Below are positions 10,352 through 18,754 of a stretch of 64,000 nucleotides of DNA, piece by piece. The stretch spans positions 896,001 through 960,000 of the forward strand of contig CAVWUU010000004.1 of NCBI GenBank assembly GCA_963758295.1, read 5' to 3'. Both the position numbers and the translations under genes were made by a program. The notes below the pieces were generated by a model that saw only the letters and a list, made by a program, of their open reading frames with translations, did no database searches and was not told the origin of the DNA. Positions within the stretch are counted from its first letter, which is position 1. Each line of letters opens with the position of its first letter. The stretch comes from Candidatus Eremiobacteria bacterium (lineage in GTDB: Bacteria; Vulcanimicrobiota; Vulcanimicrobiia; Vulcanimicrobiales; Vulcanimicrobiaceae).

Positions 10352-11334
10352 GTGATCGCTCTTCCGCTCTCGGCGTCAAATCTCCGCACGTACGCGGCGT
10401 CGTACGAGAAGCTCACCGTTTCACCGGCTGACGCCGCTTGCGCCGCGGGGACGCGCGCCACCACAACGCCCTCGCGGCTTTCGATATAGACGTAGGCGTC
10501 CGCGCCGGTGCTTTCCCGACGGATCACCCGTCCCTCGAATGGCCCGCCCGGACCGATGCGAACGTGTTCGGGCCGGATGCCGATCGCGCCGCCCGAAGCG
10601 CGCGGCAGCACGTTCATCGGCCGGTCGCCGAGAAACGCCGCAGCCCGAATCGTAGCCGGGGCATCGTACACGCGCTGCGGCTCGCCGGCGTCTTCCACGG
10701 CTCCGTCGATAAGCACGACGAGCTCGTCGCCAATGGCGAGTGCTTCGGCATGATCGTGCGTCACGTATACGATGGGCCCTTCAAAGCGTTGACGAACGCC
10801 AAGCAATTCGTTGCGCACTCGAGCGCGTAGTTCGGGATCCAAATGCGCAAGCGGCTCATCGAGCACAAGCACGGCCGGATCGGAAAGCATCGCCCGTGCA
10901 ATCGAAACACGCTGGCGTTCGCCGCCGGAGAGCATTCCCGGGCGCCGGTTCAAATGCGCGGAAATATCGAGCGCGCGCGCAAGCTCGTCGACCCGCGCAT
11001 GCGACGGCCGCGTGCGAAGCGCAAACTCGAGGTTTGCGCGCACGGAAAGATGTTCGAACAGTGCGTCGGTTTGGAACACCATAGCGATGCGGCGCTCTTG
11101 AGCATTGAATTTCTCGAGCGAACAACCGCCAAGCGCAACCGTTCCCGCTTGGACGCGCAGAAGGCCCGCAATCCCCCGAAGCAGCGTGGTCTTTCCCGCG
11201 CCCGACGGTCCGACAATCGCCAACGTGCGTCCTGGCGATACGGAGAACGAAACGTCGCGAACGGCGCTTCGAGTCGATCCGGGATACTGAATGGAGAGAT
11301 TATTGACGTGCAGCGTCTCAGGCGACGTCGTCAC
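10348..11334 (-). CDS. ABC transporter ATP-binding protein with TOBE domain (MalK/PotA-like)
   Basis: GPSGAGKT, LSGGERQR, VLDEP, YVTHD, GIRPEH. Confidence 0.93.
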   Translation of the reverse strand: MTTSPETLHVNNLSIQYPGSTRSAVRDVSFSVSPGRTLAIVGPSGAGKTTLLRGIAGLLRVQAGTVALGGCSLEKFNAQERRIAMVFQTDALFEHLSVRANLEFALRTRPSHARVDELARALDISAHLNRRPGMLSGGERQRVSIARAMLSDPAVLVLDEPLAHLDPELRARVRNELLGVRQRFEGPIVYVTHDHAEALAIGDELVVLIDGAVEDAGEPQRVYDAPATIRAAAFLGDRPMNVLPRASGGAIGIRPEHVRIGPGGPFEGRVIRRESTGADAYVYIESREGVVVARVPAAQAASAGETVSFSYDAAYVRRFDAESGRAIT

Positions 11335-11337
11335 GTG

Positions 11338-11700
11338 CTATTTAAGGCGAATCATCTGCGCGACGAGGCCGCCGCCCACTTCGAAAACCGAGATCTCCAC
11401 GTTCTCGCCGCGCCGCAAGTCGCCGACCGAGGCGAACTCGCCGCCGCGATAGATCGCCGTGCTCGGCACTACCGCCACCACGATGTCACCGCCGCGGCTG
11501 CGGACGACCAGTGTGCCGCTGGAATAATCGATATTTTCGATCTTGCCGTGAATCACGCCGGCGTCGTGCGCCGCTTTTCCGGATTCCAGCGACCGGTAGA
11601 CGTGATTGGGATAGGGCGGGGGATCAGCGGGCGCAACAAGGGGAGCCGCGATTAGAGCGGCGAGGGTCAAAGCGAACGCTGAAAACTTCCCCATGGTCAT
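11338..11700 (-). CDS. Small secreted OB-fold-like (DUF5666-like) protein
   Basis: Signal peptide MGKFSAFALTLAALIAAPLVAPA; G-x-I...DLRRGENVEI pattern; start re-called. Confidence 0.6.
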   Translation of the reverse strand: MTMGKFSAFALTLAALIAAPLVAPADPPPYPNHVYRSLESGKAAHDAGVIHGKIENIDYSSGTLVVRSRGGDIVVAVVPSTAIYRGGEFASVGDLRRGENVEISVFEVGGGLVAQMIRLK

Positions 11701-11773
11701 TTCATGAACGTGAAGCGACGGCTTTCCGTTTCCCAAGCACGGTTTCCTTATCCGGCACAGCAGCGAGCCCAGC

Positions 11774-12073
11774 TTAGGCAAGGGCTTGCCGGTAGGCGCT
11801 TCGAGCCTCCTCGGCGTCCGGGCCGCCGGCCCGAGCTCGTTCCACGGCGTCTCGGAGTTGCACGACAGCGGCATCCTCGGCTTTCCTTCCGCTTAAAACC
11901 AAGCGCAGCGCGATAAGCGTGAGGTCCGGCGTGCGCGCTCCCAGGAGCTTCATTCCCTCGTAGAACGGCCGCGCGGCGGCGACGTCGGACGGCGAGGCGA
12001 GCAGTGCGGTGACTACATCACCTTTTGCAGGCGAACCGTCGAGAAGATACCGGTCGATCAACTCGAAATCCAT
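11774..12073 (-). CDS. Hypothetical protein, 99 aa
   Basis: Protein-like C-terminal part (MDFELIDRYLL...) of the shadow ORF 11774-13204. Confidence 0.55.
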   Translation of the reverse strand: MDFELIDRYLLDGSPAKGDVVTALLASPSDVAAARPFYEGMKLLGARTPDLTLIALRLVLSGRKAEDAAVVQLRDAVERARAGGPDAEEARSAYRQALA

Positions 12074-12076
12074 GGC

Positions 12077-13540
12077 ATGCCATTCGCCGCTCGCCTCGCG
12101 CTGCTCTGCGCCGTCGCGGTGATTACTTTCGGAGCCGCGCGGCCCGAGCCGGTTTCCCAATTGTTGGACCGCATGCGTTCCCACGGCGGTCCCGTTTGGC
12201 GCGCGCATCTGTCGTCGCGCTCGTTGATCGCGGTCGGAGACCGTAGTGCCAACGTCGAAAGCGAATCTCAGGGCGTCCGGTTCTCGACGTACCAATGCGC
12301 GCAGACGCTGTGCACCGGCACCTATTTCGACGGTGAGCGGACTTACGCGATCGACATCAACGGCACCATTCTTCCGCAGTCGGATCTGCCCGATACCTTT
12401 TTGCGCGCTGAGCGCACCGTCGCGTCTCACGCATTTCTGGATCCGGCGTTCCAAGATGACGGCGGGAAAATCACCGACGGCGGCGCGTCGACGATAGACG
12501 GAACGAAATACCGTATGCTCCTCGTCTCGCAGCCGGACACCGTCGCAATGCAAGTTTACGTCGATCCGGCAACGGGTTTCGTTCGGTATCTGCGCGACGT
12601 GAACGGCGATGCGACGCTTGAGTACCGGGATTACCGGAAGATCGAGAGCGGGTTGTGGCTGCCGTTTCTCGTTCTGCGCAACGGGAGCGTCCTCGAACGG
12701 TACGACGACCGCAGCATTCGCCCGGGAGACTTCGAAGAACCGCACGGTCCCGTACCGGCTTTCAACGGCCCCGCGGTCGCGATCGATACCGATCCTAACC
12801 GCTCGATTCCACTCTTTCCATGCACGCTTGGCGGCATTGAGACGACGTGTTTGCTCGACACAGGAAATTCCGGCCTTGCCATTAGCACCGAGCTCTCCCA
12901 TCGCCTTCACGCGCCCGTCGTAGGTGAAATGCAGGTCGCCGGTCTCGGAAGCTACGCAACGCAGGTCGTACACGCCGGGCCGATGGCTGCCGGCAATGCG
13001 ACGTTCCCGAACGCGAATTACGTCGTGTTGAACGACATTCACCGGTTCGGTTACGACGTCGTGCTTGGAGCGGACGTGCTCGCGGCGACGCGAGTGCGTC
13101 TCGACGCAAGCAAACACACCGTTGCCTTCGACGCGCCGGAACCGGCCGAAAGCGTAAGCGTCCCCGTGCACTTCCAGAACTTCGTGCCGACCGTCGCGGT
13201 GCAACTCGGGAATCTGGGCGCGCAGCTAGCGGTCGACACGGGCGACGAATCGGTCATCAATCTTTCGTACGATTTCTATAACGAACACCGGGACTTGTTT
13301 TCAGCGACCGAACAGCGAACGGTCACCGGAATAGGCGGCTCGAGCGTGGAGCTCATCGGCGTCATTCCAAACGTGCGCATCGGCAGTCTTGTCGTGCGCG
13401 ATCAACGAATCGGAACGACGACGACGTTGCACAGCACCGCATACGGGCATCTTGGCGCGGGCTTCTTGCAACAATTCACGGTGCTGCTTGACTATGCGCG
13501 CGGACGCGTCGATTTCGTTTCTCCTTCACCTGCTCCGTAA
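12077..13540 (+). CDS. Secreted tandem retropepsin-like aspartyl protease
   Basis: Signal peptide; two catalytic motifs LLDTGNS and AVDTGDE, each followed by a VLGAD/HLGAGFL-type motif. Confidence 0.85.
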   Translation: MPFAARLALLCAVAVITFGAARPEPVSQLLDRMRSHGGPVWRAHLSSRSLIAVGDRSANVESESQGVRFSTYQCAQTLCTGTYFDGERTYAIDINGTILPQSDLPDTFLRAERTVASHAFLDPAFQDDGGKITDGGASTIDGTKYRMLLVSQPDTVAMQVYVDPATGFVRYLRDVNGDATLEYRDYRKIESGLWLPFLVLRNGSVLERYDDRSIRPGDFEEPHGPVPAFNGPAVAIDTDPNRSIPLFPCTLGGIETTCLLDTGNSGLAISTELSHRLHAPVVGEMQVAGLGSYATQVVHAGPMAAGNATFPNANYVVLNDIHRFGYDVVLGADVLAATRVRLDASKHTVAFDAPEPAESVSVPVHFQNFVPTVAVQLGNLGAQLAVDTGDESVINLSYDFYNEHRDLFSATEQRTVTGIGGSSVELIGVIPNVRIGSLVVRDQRIGTTTTLHSTAYGHLGAGFLQQFTVLLDYARGRVDFVSPSPAP

Positions 13541-13668
13541 GCGCCCGCCCCACGGCGCGCGCGGCCGGCAGAAACTTTTCGAGATCGACGGCATAAACGG
13601 CGCCGAACTCCTCGAGCTGCTCGAGAACGAAAGGTAAGCGCGGCCCGGCGCGCCAACGCGAAGCGATA

Positions 13669-14220
13669 ATGAAAGCCGGCGCCTTTGCGTTGCTCCTTGC
13701 TTGCGTCGCGATGCTTCCTGCAAAAACCGCGGCGGCATCCGAATCCGTCGACGAGTGCACCGTCGTCGCCGTCGAAATGGTGGACAAGGTTGATTCGTCC
13801 GAGGCCCGCGCGGGTGATTTCTTCCGCTTTCAAACGATCAACGCGGTAACGCACGGCGACCAGATCGTCATTCCGGCTCGGACGATGGGTTATGGGATCG
13901 TGGCGATTGCTTCGGCCGCGGGAAGAAGCGGCCACGCCGGCTCGCTCGTTTTGGAGCCGCGCTACCTAATAATGCCCGATGGAAGGCACTTGGGCGTGGT
14001 GCTCAATCACAATACCGCGAATTTGGAACGCAGCGGAGCCAGCGGAAACATGCCGGGCTATCTTGGAGCCATCCCGGTTCCGGGCGTCGGCGCCGCAGTC
14101 GGCGTCTTCAATTACTTCCATAAAGGCAAGAACATCGTCGTTACGCGCGGCAGCGTTTTTACGGTGTTTCCGAGTGACTCGCCGTCGGTCGAGCACTGCC
14201 AGGACCACCCGACGTACTAG
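13669..14220 (+). CDS. Secreted hypothetical protein (beta-rich, TrbI/LssY-like pattern)
   Basis: Signal peptide; VDSSEARAGDFF...VIPART.GYG...AGRSGHAGSL.L pattern. Confidence 0.65.
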   Translation: MKAGAFALLLACVAMLPAKTAAASESVDECTVVAVEMVDKVDSSEARAGDFFRFQTINAVTHGDQIVIPARTMGYGIVAIASAAGRSGHAGSLVLEPRYLIMPDGRHLGVVLNHNTANLERSGASGNMPGYLGAIPVPGVGAAVGVFNYFHKGKNIVVTRGSVFTVFPSDSPSVEHCQDHPTY

Positions 14221-14977
14221 CGATCCACTCGGCCGCAGCGCTTTCTACGTAATCCGCGCGATCGCGATGAGGCGAATGTCCGCATCCGGATAAAACGAGG
14301 CGGTCCACCGGGCCGCCGCTTTCTTTGGCAATCATGTCGATTTGCGCGAGAGTCCCGTACTCGTCATCGGAACCTTGAATGCAAAGCGCGGGCGCCTTGA
14401 TTGCGGGCAGCATTGCGGTGATGTCCCATTCCAAGAATGCCGGCGCGAGCCAGATGTCGTTCCAGCCGAAAAATGTCCGGTCGACGTCGCGATGATAACG
14501 CGCCATGCGTTCGCGCAGCGAACTGTTCCGAAAGCGCTCGCCGATAGCGGCGATACTCTGCACCGACAACGCCTCCACGAAGACATGCGGCGCTTCAAGA
14601 ACAAGAGCGGAGACTTGCTCAGGATATGCAGCTGCAAATATCGCGGCGATGGAAGCGCCGTCGCTGTGGCCGAAGAAAATCGGGCGGTGCAGCGCCAGTT
14701 TCTCAACGAGTTCCGGCAGAGCGTCAAGCGCCTCGCGGTGCATGTACTCGATCGCACGATGCTCTTCGAGCGTTTCCGAGAAGCCGTTGCCGTACCGGGA
14801 ATACACGACGCCCGGAAATCCGCTTTTTGCGCAAAGCCGATCGGGGAAATCGCGCCATAGCGCGATCGATCCTAAGCCTTCGTGCAGAAAGACGATCGCG
14901 GGCGCTTGCGAACGTTTGCCCGCGATGCGACGGATCTCCAAATTTCTGCCGGCGATGCGGATCGTTCCGTTCTCCAC
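14159..14977 (-). CDS. Alpha/beta hydrolase
   Basis: FLHEGLGS, GHSDG nucleophile elbow, QGSDDEYG, CGHSPH. Confidence 0.9.
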   Translation of the reverse strand: MENGTIRIAGRNLEIRRIAGKRSQAPAIVFLHEGLGSIALWRDFPDRLCAKSGFPGVVYSRYGNGFSETLEEHRAIEYMHREALDALPELVEKLALHRPIFFGHSDGASIAAIFAAAYPEQVSALVLEAPHVFVEALSVQSIAAIGERFRNSSLRERMARYHRDVDRTFFGWNDIWLAPAFLEWDITAMLPAIKAPALCIQGSDDEYGTLAQIDMIAKESGGPVDRLVLSGCGHSPHRDRADYVESAAAEWIASTSGGPGSARPTASHSETP

Positions 14978-14994
14978 CCGCGGCGAATTCGGAG

Positions 14995-15513
14995 CTAGTG
15001 CGGCTTGCTCTTCTCGATCTTGTAGTACTTTTGCGCCAGCGCCAGATGCGATTCTAACACCGGCAACGTCTTTTCCGCGAAAGCCTTCACTTTCACGTTG
15101 TCACCGGAAGCCGCTTCTTTCTTGAAAAGCGCGATGGCCTGCTCGTGGTCGAGTATCTCTTTCTTGAAGTAGGCCGCGGGTGCCATCTTGGCCGCCCGCT
15201 CGGGCTGCGCGTTCATCGGTGCGGGCGAGTAGGTCGGCGGCACTTGCCCGGCAACGCCGTTAGGCACGGAAACTTTCAGTTCGTTGGCGAGCGCAAGCAA
15301 TTCGCGATTTGCCGTCGAGTGATCGGTGACCATCTTGTTGGCGAAATCGTGCACGTACGAATCGGAAACGTCGGCCTGAACCGATGCTTCTTTGATTTCA
15401 GCGGTTCCGGACTTCAACGCCGCTTGGATGAACGTGGCGTCGTTTGCCGCCGCTAAAACGGGCACGGCTGTGGAAAAAATGGCGGCAGTCGCGAGAATCG
15501 TGCGAATCTTCAT
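14995..15513 (-). CDS. DUF4142-domain secreted protein
   Basis: Signal peptide; DATFIQAA, FANKMVTDHS, VKAFAEKTLPVLESHLALA; start re-called at MKIRT. Confidence 0.85.
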   Translation of the reverse strand: MKIRTILATAAIFSTAVPVLAAANDATFIQAALKSGTAEIKEASVQADVSDSYVHDFANKMVTDHSTANRELLALANELKVSVPNGVAGQVPPTYSPAPMNAQPERAAKMAPAAYFKKEILDHEQAIALFKKEAASGDNVKVKAFAEKTLPVLESHLALAQKYYKIEKSKPH

Positions 15514-15529
15514 GGGTACAAGTGTTCCC

Positions 15530-16384
15530 ATGAACGCAGGTCTCCCACCTCAACATCAGAACCGGCAGCCCGGAATTCAGGGCGAACTTCGGCCGCAGCC
15601 GAAGGAAGACGACGCGCGCTTGCATTCGTCGCGGCGCTTTGAAGACAAAATCTTCGTGATAACCGGGGGCGACAGCGGTATCGGTCGCGCCGTAGGTCTC
15701 GGCGCGGCACGCGAAGGCGCAAACGTTGCAATCGTCTACCTCAACGAAGACGAAGATGCCAAGGCCTCGCAAAAGCAAATGGAAGAGCTCGGAGCGCAGA
15801 CGCTTTCATTCCGCGGCGACGTCGGAGACGAGGCCTTCTGCAAATCCGTAATCGACGAAGTCGTCAAGCGCTTTGGAAAACTTGACGTGCTGATCAACGA
15901 TGCGGGCGAACAGCATCCGCAGGAACGAATCGGCGATATCTCGGCGGAACAGCTCGAACGCACGTTTCGCACGAACATGTTCGGCTATTTCTTCATGGCG
16001 AAAGCCGCGATCGCGCACATGTCCGAAGGCAGTGCCATCGTAAACGTCGCGTCGGTAACGGCGTACGAGGGCAATGCGACCCTCATCGACTACTCGAGCA
16101 CGAAAGGCGCCATCGTTTCGTTCACGCGCGCGCTTTCGAACTCTATCGTCGGAAAACAGAAGATCCGCGTGAATGCCGTAGCGCCTGGACCGATTTGGAC
16201 ACCGTTGATTCCGGCAAGCTATCCGGCAGACCGAGTGAAAGACTTCGGCAAAGACACGCCGATGGGCCGGCCCGGCCAGCCGGAAGAAGTCGCCGCCGCG
16301 ATTCTCTTCCTTGCGTCGGATCAAGCGTCGTACGTCAGCGGACAAACGCTGCACGTCAACGGGGGAACGGTCGTCAACGGCTAG
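15530..16384 (+). CDS. SDR oxidoreductase, general-stress YdaD/YhxD-like
   Basis: PPQHQNRQPG N-terminus, ITGGDSGIGRA, YSSTK, VAPGPIWTPLIP. Confidence 0.92.
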   Translation: MNAGLPPQHQNRQPGIQGELRPQPKEDDARLHSSRRFEDKIFVITGGDSGIGRAVGLGAAREGANVAIVYLNEDEDAKASQKQMEELGAQTLSFRGDVGDEAFCKSVIDEVVKRFGKLDVLINDAGEQHPQERIGDISAEQLERTFRTNMFGYFFMAKAAIAHMSEGSAIVNVASVTAYEGNATLIDYSSTKGAIVSFTRALSNSIVGKQKIRVNAVAPGPIWTPLIPASYPADRVKDFGKDTPMGRPGQPEEVAAAILFLASDQASYVSGQTLHVNGGTVVNG

Positions 16385-16731
16385 AGCCGTTGGATGCCCG
16401 CGCCCTCTTCTCCGGGAATCGGCTGTTCTTGCGTAGCCTTTTCGACGGGTAGGCCATGCTCTTTCCACTCGTCGATTCCCCCGCGCAACAGCAGCACTCG
16501 GCCGTAGCCTTGCTGTTCCAAACGGTTCGCCACTTCTTCGGCCTCTTTTTCGTTGTCGGCGCAGAGCGCGATCGTTCCGTCTTTCGCAAGAGGAAGCACG
16601 AGTTTATCGGCTTCCAAAAGCTTCTTCGGGTCGTAGCGCACCGCGCCGCGAATCTGTTCGTTGTGCGTGTGCTTGCGAATGTCGAGCACCGGCGTTGCGG
16701 CGTCGAACTCGTGCGGTTCTATCGTTGTCAC
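16381..16731 (-). CDS. Rhodanese-like domain protein
   Basis: VLDIR...IRGA...LLRGGIDEWKEHGLPVE. Confidence 0.85.
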   Translation of the reverse strand: MTTIEPHEFDAATPVLDIRKHTHNEQIRGAVRYDPKKLLEADKLVLPLAKDGTIALCADNEKEAEEVANRLEQQGYGRVLLLRGGIDEWKEHGLPVEKATQEQPIPGEEGAGIQRL

Positions 16732-16895
16732 TTCGCCGTCACTTGGTTGGGATAGTTTGGCTCGTGACGCGCCGCCAAAGCGGGATCGAGCGCCGTTTTC
16801 GGATCGTTGTCACCCGGAACGGACGACTCTTCAACGTAAGGTTTCTTGCTGGACACGTCGCGGTCGGGATGCGGACGGTCATCATGCTTGTCCAT
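16728..16895 (-). CDS. Small acidic hypothetical protein
   Basis: MDKHDDRPHPDRD...; stop overlaps the rhodanese start (GTGA); fills the gap in the operon. Confidence 0.55.
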   Translation of the reverse strand: MDKHDDRPHPDRDVSSKKPYVEESSVPGDNDPKTALDPALAARHEPNYPNQVTAK

Positions 16896-16902
16896 ACGCG
16901 AT

Positions 16903-17487
16903 TCATACCTGGACGCGCCGCATGCGAAACGCCACGCTGATTCTCGCGTCACTCGGGCGCGGCGACTTAGCGACGGTATGTTCCCAAAATTCTTGCGCGC
17001 GGCCGCTCATCACGAATAGGCTGCCTGCCTCGAGGTCCACGGAGTGCATTCGGCGCGGCTGCGCCTTGGTGCGGACCTGCATGCGACGCGTTGCACCCAA
17101 ACTCAGGAGCGCAATTGTCGGACGGTGGACCAACTCGTCGAGATGGTCGTTGTGCCACGCCACACTGTCGCGTTCGCTTCGATAGTAGTTCAAACCGACC
17201 GAATTAAACCGTTCGCCTAGGGCCGCTTCGACGTCGGTTTTGACGGCTGCCACCTGGTGGGGAAGTGCGTCGCCGGGACGATACGCGTAGACGAGGCGCG
17301 GCACGTCGACCTCCCGATCGTACATCCACATGGTTTCCGTCTTCCAAGGCGTGTTCTCGAGCAAATACCGGAACAGGCCGTCGGCCTCGGACGGGTCGAT
17401 GAGTGAAGGGTAGTAGCGGATTGTCCCGGTCTCGGCGTCCTCGAGCGTACGTGGGCCGGCGTCAAAAAGCGGTAGTTGGGCACCCAT
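16903..17487 (-). CDS. AlkB-family 2OG-Fe(II) dioxygenase
   Basis: VPRL, LNYYR...DSVAWHND (HxD), LSLGATR, WEH, RISVAFR. Confidence 0.92.
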   Translation of the reverse strand: MGAQLPLFDAGPRTLEDAETGTIRYYPSLIDPSEADGLFRYLLENTPWKTETMWMYDREVDVPRLVYAYRPGDALPHQVAAVKTDVEAALGERFNSVGLNYYRSERDSVAWHNDHLDELVHRPTIALLSLGATRRMQVRTKAQPRRMHSVDLEAGSLFVMSGRAQEFWEHTVAKSPRPSDARISVAFRMRRVQV

Positions 17488-17502
17488 CTCTTAAAGTCTT
17501 AG

Positions 17503-17561
17503 TTGACAATCCCGGCGGCGGGAAGTACCCTTCTCTTAACGAATTAGTATTAACGAATTAG
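17503..17561 (+). promoter_or_regulatory. Sigma70-type promoter followed by a 12-bp direct repeat operator candidate
   Basis: TTGACA(17503-08)-N17-TACCCT(17526-31); TTAACGAATTAG at 17536-47 and 17550-61, overlapping the AGGAG RBS. Confidence 0.7.
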
Positions 17562-17573
17562 GAGTTGCGTCGT

Positions 17574-17777
17574 ATGTCGATGAAGACGGCCCTGGCTCTT
17601 CTCGCGTTCTTCGTTGCGGCCGCGCATTGTGCCGGCCACGCGTTGGCCGAGCAGCGACTCTCCATACGCGCCGTTTCGGCCGCTGCGCGCATTGACGGGA
17701 AGCTTCGCACCGCGTTCCTTATGACAGACGAAAGGCTCGCTACGTTGCATTCGGCGCCGGTAAAGGAAGTGAATTGA
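17574..17777 (+). CDS. Small secreted hypothetical protein
   Basis: AGGAG RBS, signal-like MKTALALLAFFVAAAHCAGHALA, strong promoter upstream. Confidence 0.55.
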   Translation: MSMKTALALLAFFVAAAHCAGHALAEQRLSIRAVSAAARIDGKLRTAFLMTDERLATLHSAPVKEVN

Positions 17778-17910
17778 CGGTGCTTTCCCCCATGCAAATC
17801 GAGCGGATCGTGAAAGCCTTCTTTTCAGACAATCGCAAACCGGGTCGGCTTCTTGCGCCGTCGCAATACACGGCAACGACACGGCAGACTGGTCCGCTTC
17901 GCGGCTGGAG

Positions 17911-18744
17911 CTAGATGGTTCCTCGAACAAAAGATTCGAATTTCGGCAGCGCCTCCGGAGAAAAGGCCGCGAAATTCGAGTATTCGTAGTATTCCTCGTA
18001 CAGCGCATAGTTGAGGTCGTATAAGCCCTCCCGCTTGAGCAAGAAAACCCGGTATCCCGCCGCTTCGAGCATGCGATAACAACCGCGAAGTGTTTCCCCC
18101 GCCATTTGCCAAGCGCGATTGTACTCGAACTGCACTACGCCGATCCGGCGATCTTGCAAAGCGTCGAGCGCGCCGCGAATGACGCGCGCATCGTAGCCTT
18201 CGGCATCGATTTTCAAGAAATCCGCGTTCGCCCAACCGAGACGCGCCAATTCCGCATCCACCGTGGTAACGCGAACCGAGCGCTGCACGCCTTTGATGCG
18301 GCCAAGCCCGGGAACGAGCGTGCTGCCTTTGCCGGCGTCGCGTTCTTCCACGAAGATAAGCTCCCCCGGTGCATCGCCGGCGGCCGCTTCAATCAGCGCA
18401 ATGCGCGCGTCGGCCTTGAAACGAGCGCGCAGCCGCTGTAGGGCGCTATGCGAAGGCTCGAAAGCGACGGCTTGGAACGGCGCTCCATTCTTTAGCGCAA
18501 CAACGCCCGCCAGCCAATCCCCGACGTTGGCGCCGACGTCGATGAAATGCGTACCGTGTGACGCCACCGCGTCTCGCAGCCAGCCTTCGCCGGTATCCGC
18601 GACGTTCGGGCCTTCAGCGAGGTGGTATTTGATCACACAGCGTGCCTGATTCCGGACCAAAATCGCCAAGCGAACCATGATGCGAGAACGCCCCAGCGTT
18701 TGCTGAGCGCGATCGGCGACCGTACGTATCCAGGAATGCGGCAT
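17911..18744 (-). CDS. FkbM-family methyltransferase
   Basis: FIDVGANVG, AFEPS, FLKIDAEGYD, VQFEY; start re-called at MPHSW. Confidence 0.9.
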   Translation of the reverse strand: MPHSWIRTVADRAQQTLGRSRIMVRLAILVRNQARCVIKYHLAEGPNVADTGEGWLRDAVASHGTHFIDVGANVGDWLAGVVALKNGAPFQAVAFEPSHSALQRLRARFKADARIALIEAAAGDAPGELIFVEERDAGKGSTLVPGLGRIKGVQRSVRVTTVDAELARLGWANADFLKIDAEGYDARVIRGALDALQDRRIGVVQFEYNRAWQMAGETLRGCYRMLEAAGYRVFLLKREGLYDLNYALYEEYYEYSNFAAFSPEALPKFESFVRGTI

Positions 18745-18754
18745 TCGCCCCATT

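Noticed and set aside
14159..14220. 62-bp convergent overlap as a regulatory feature
   Set aside because: The hydrolase tail beyond the catalytic His looks like non-conserved read-through; common in GC-rich genomes or caused by an indel.
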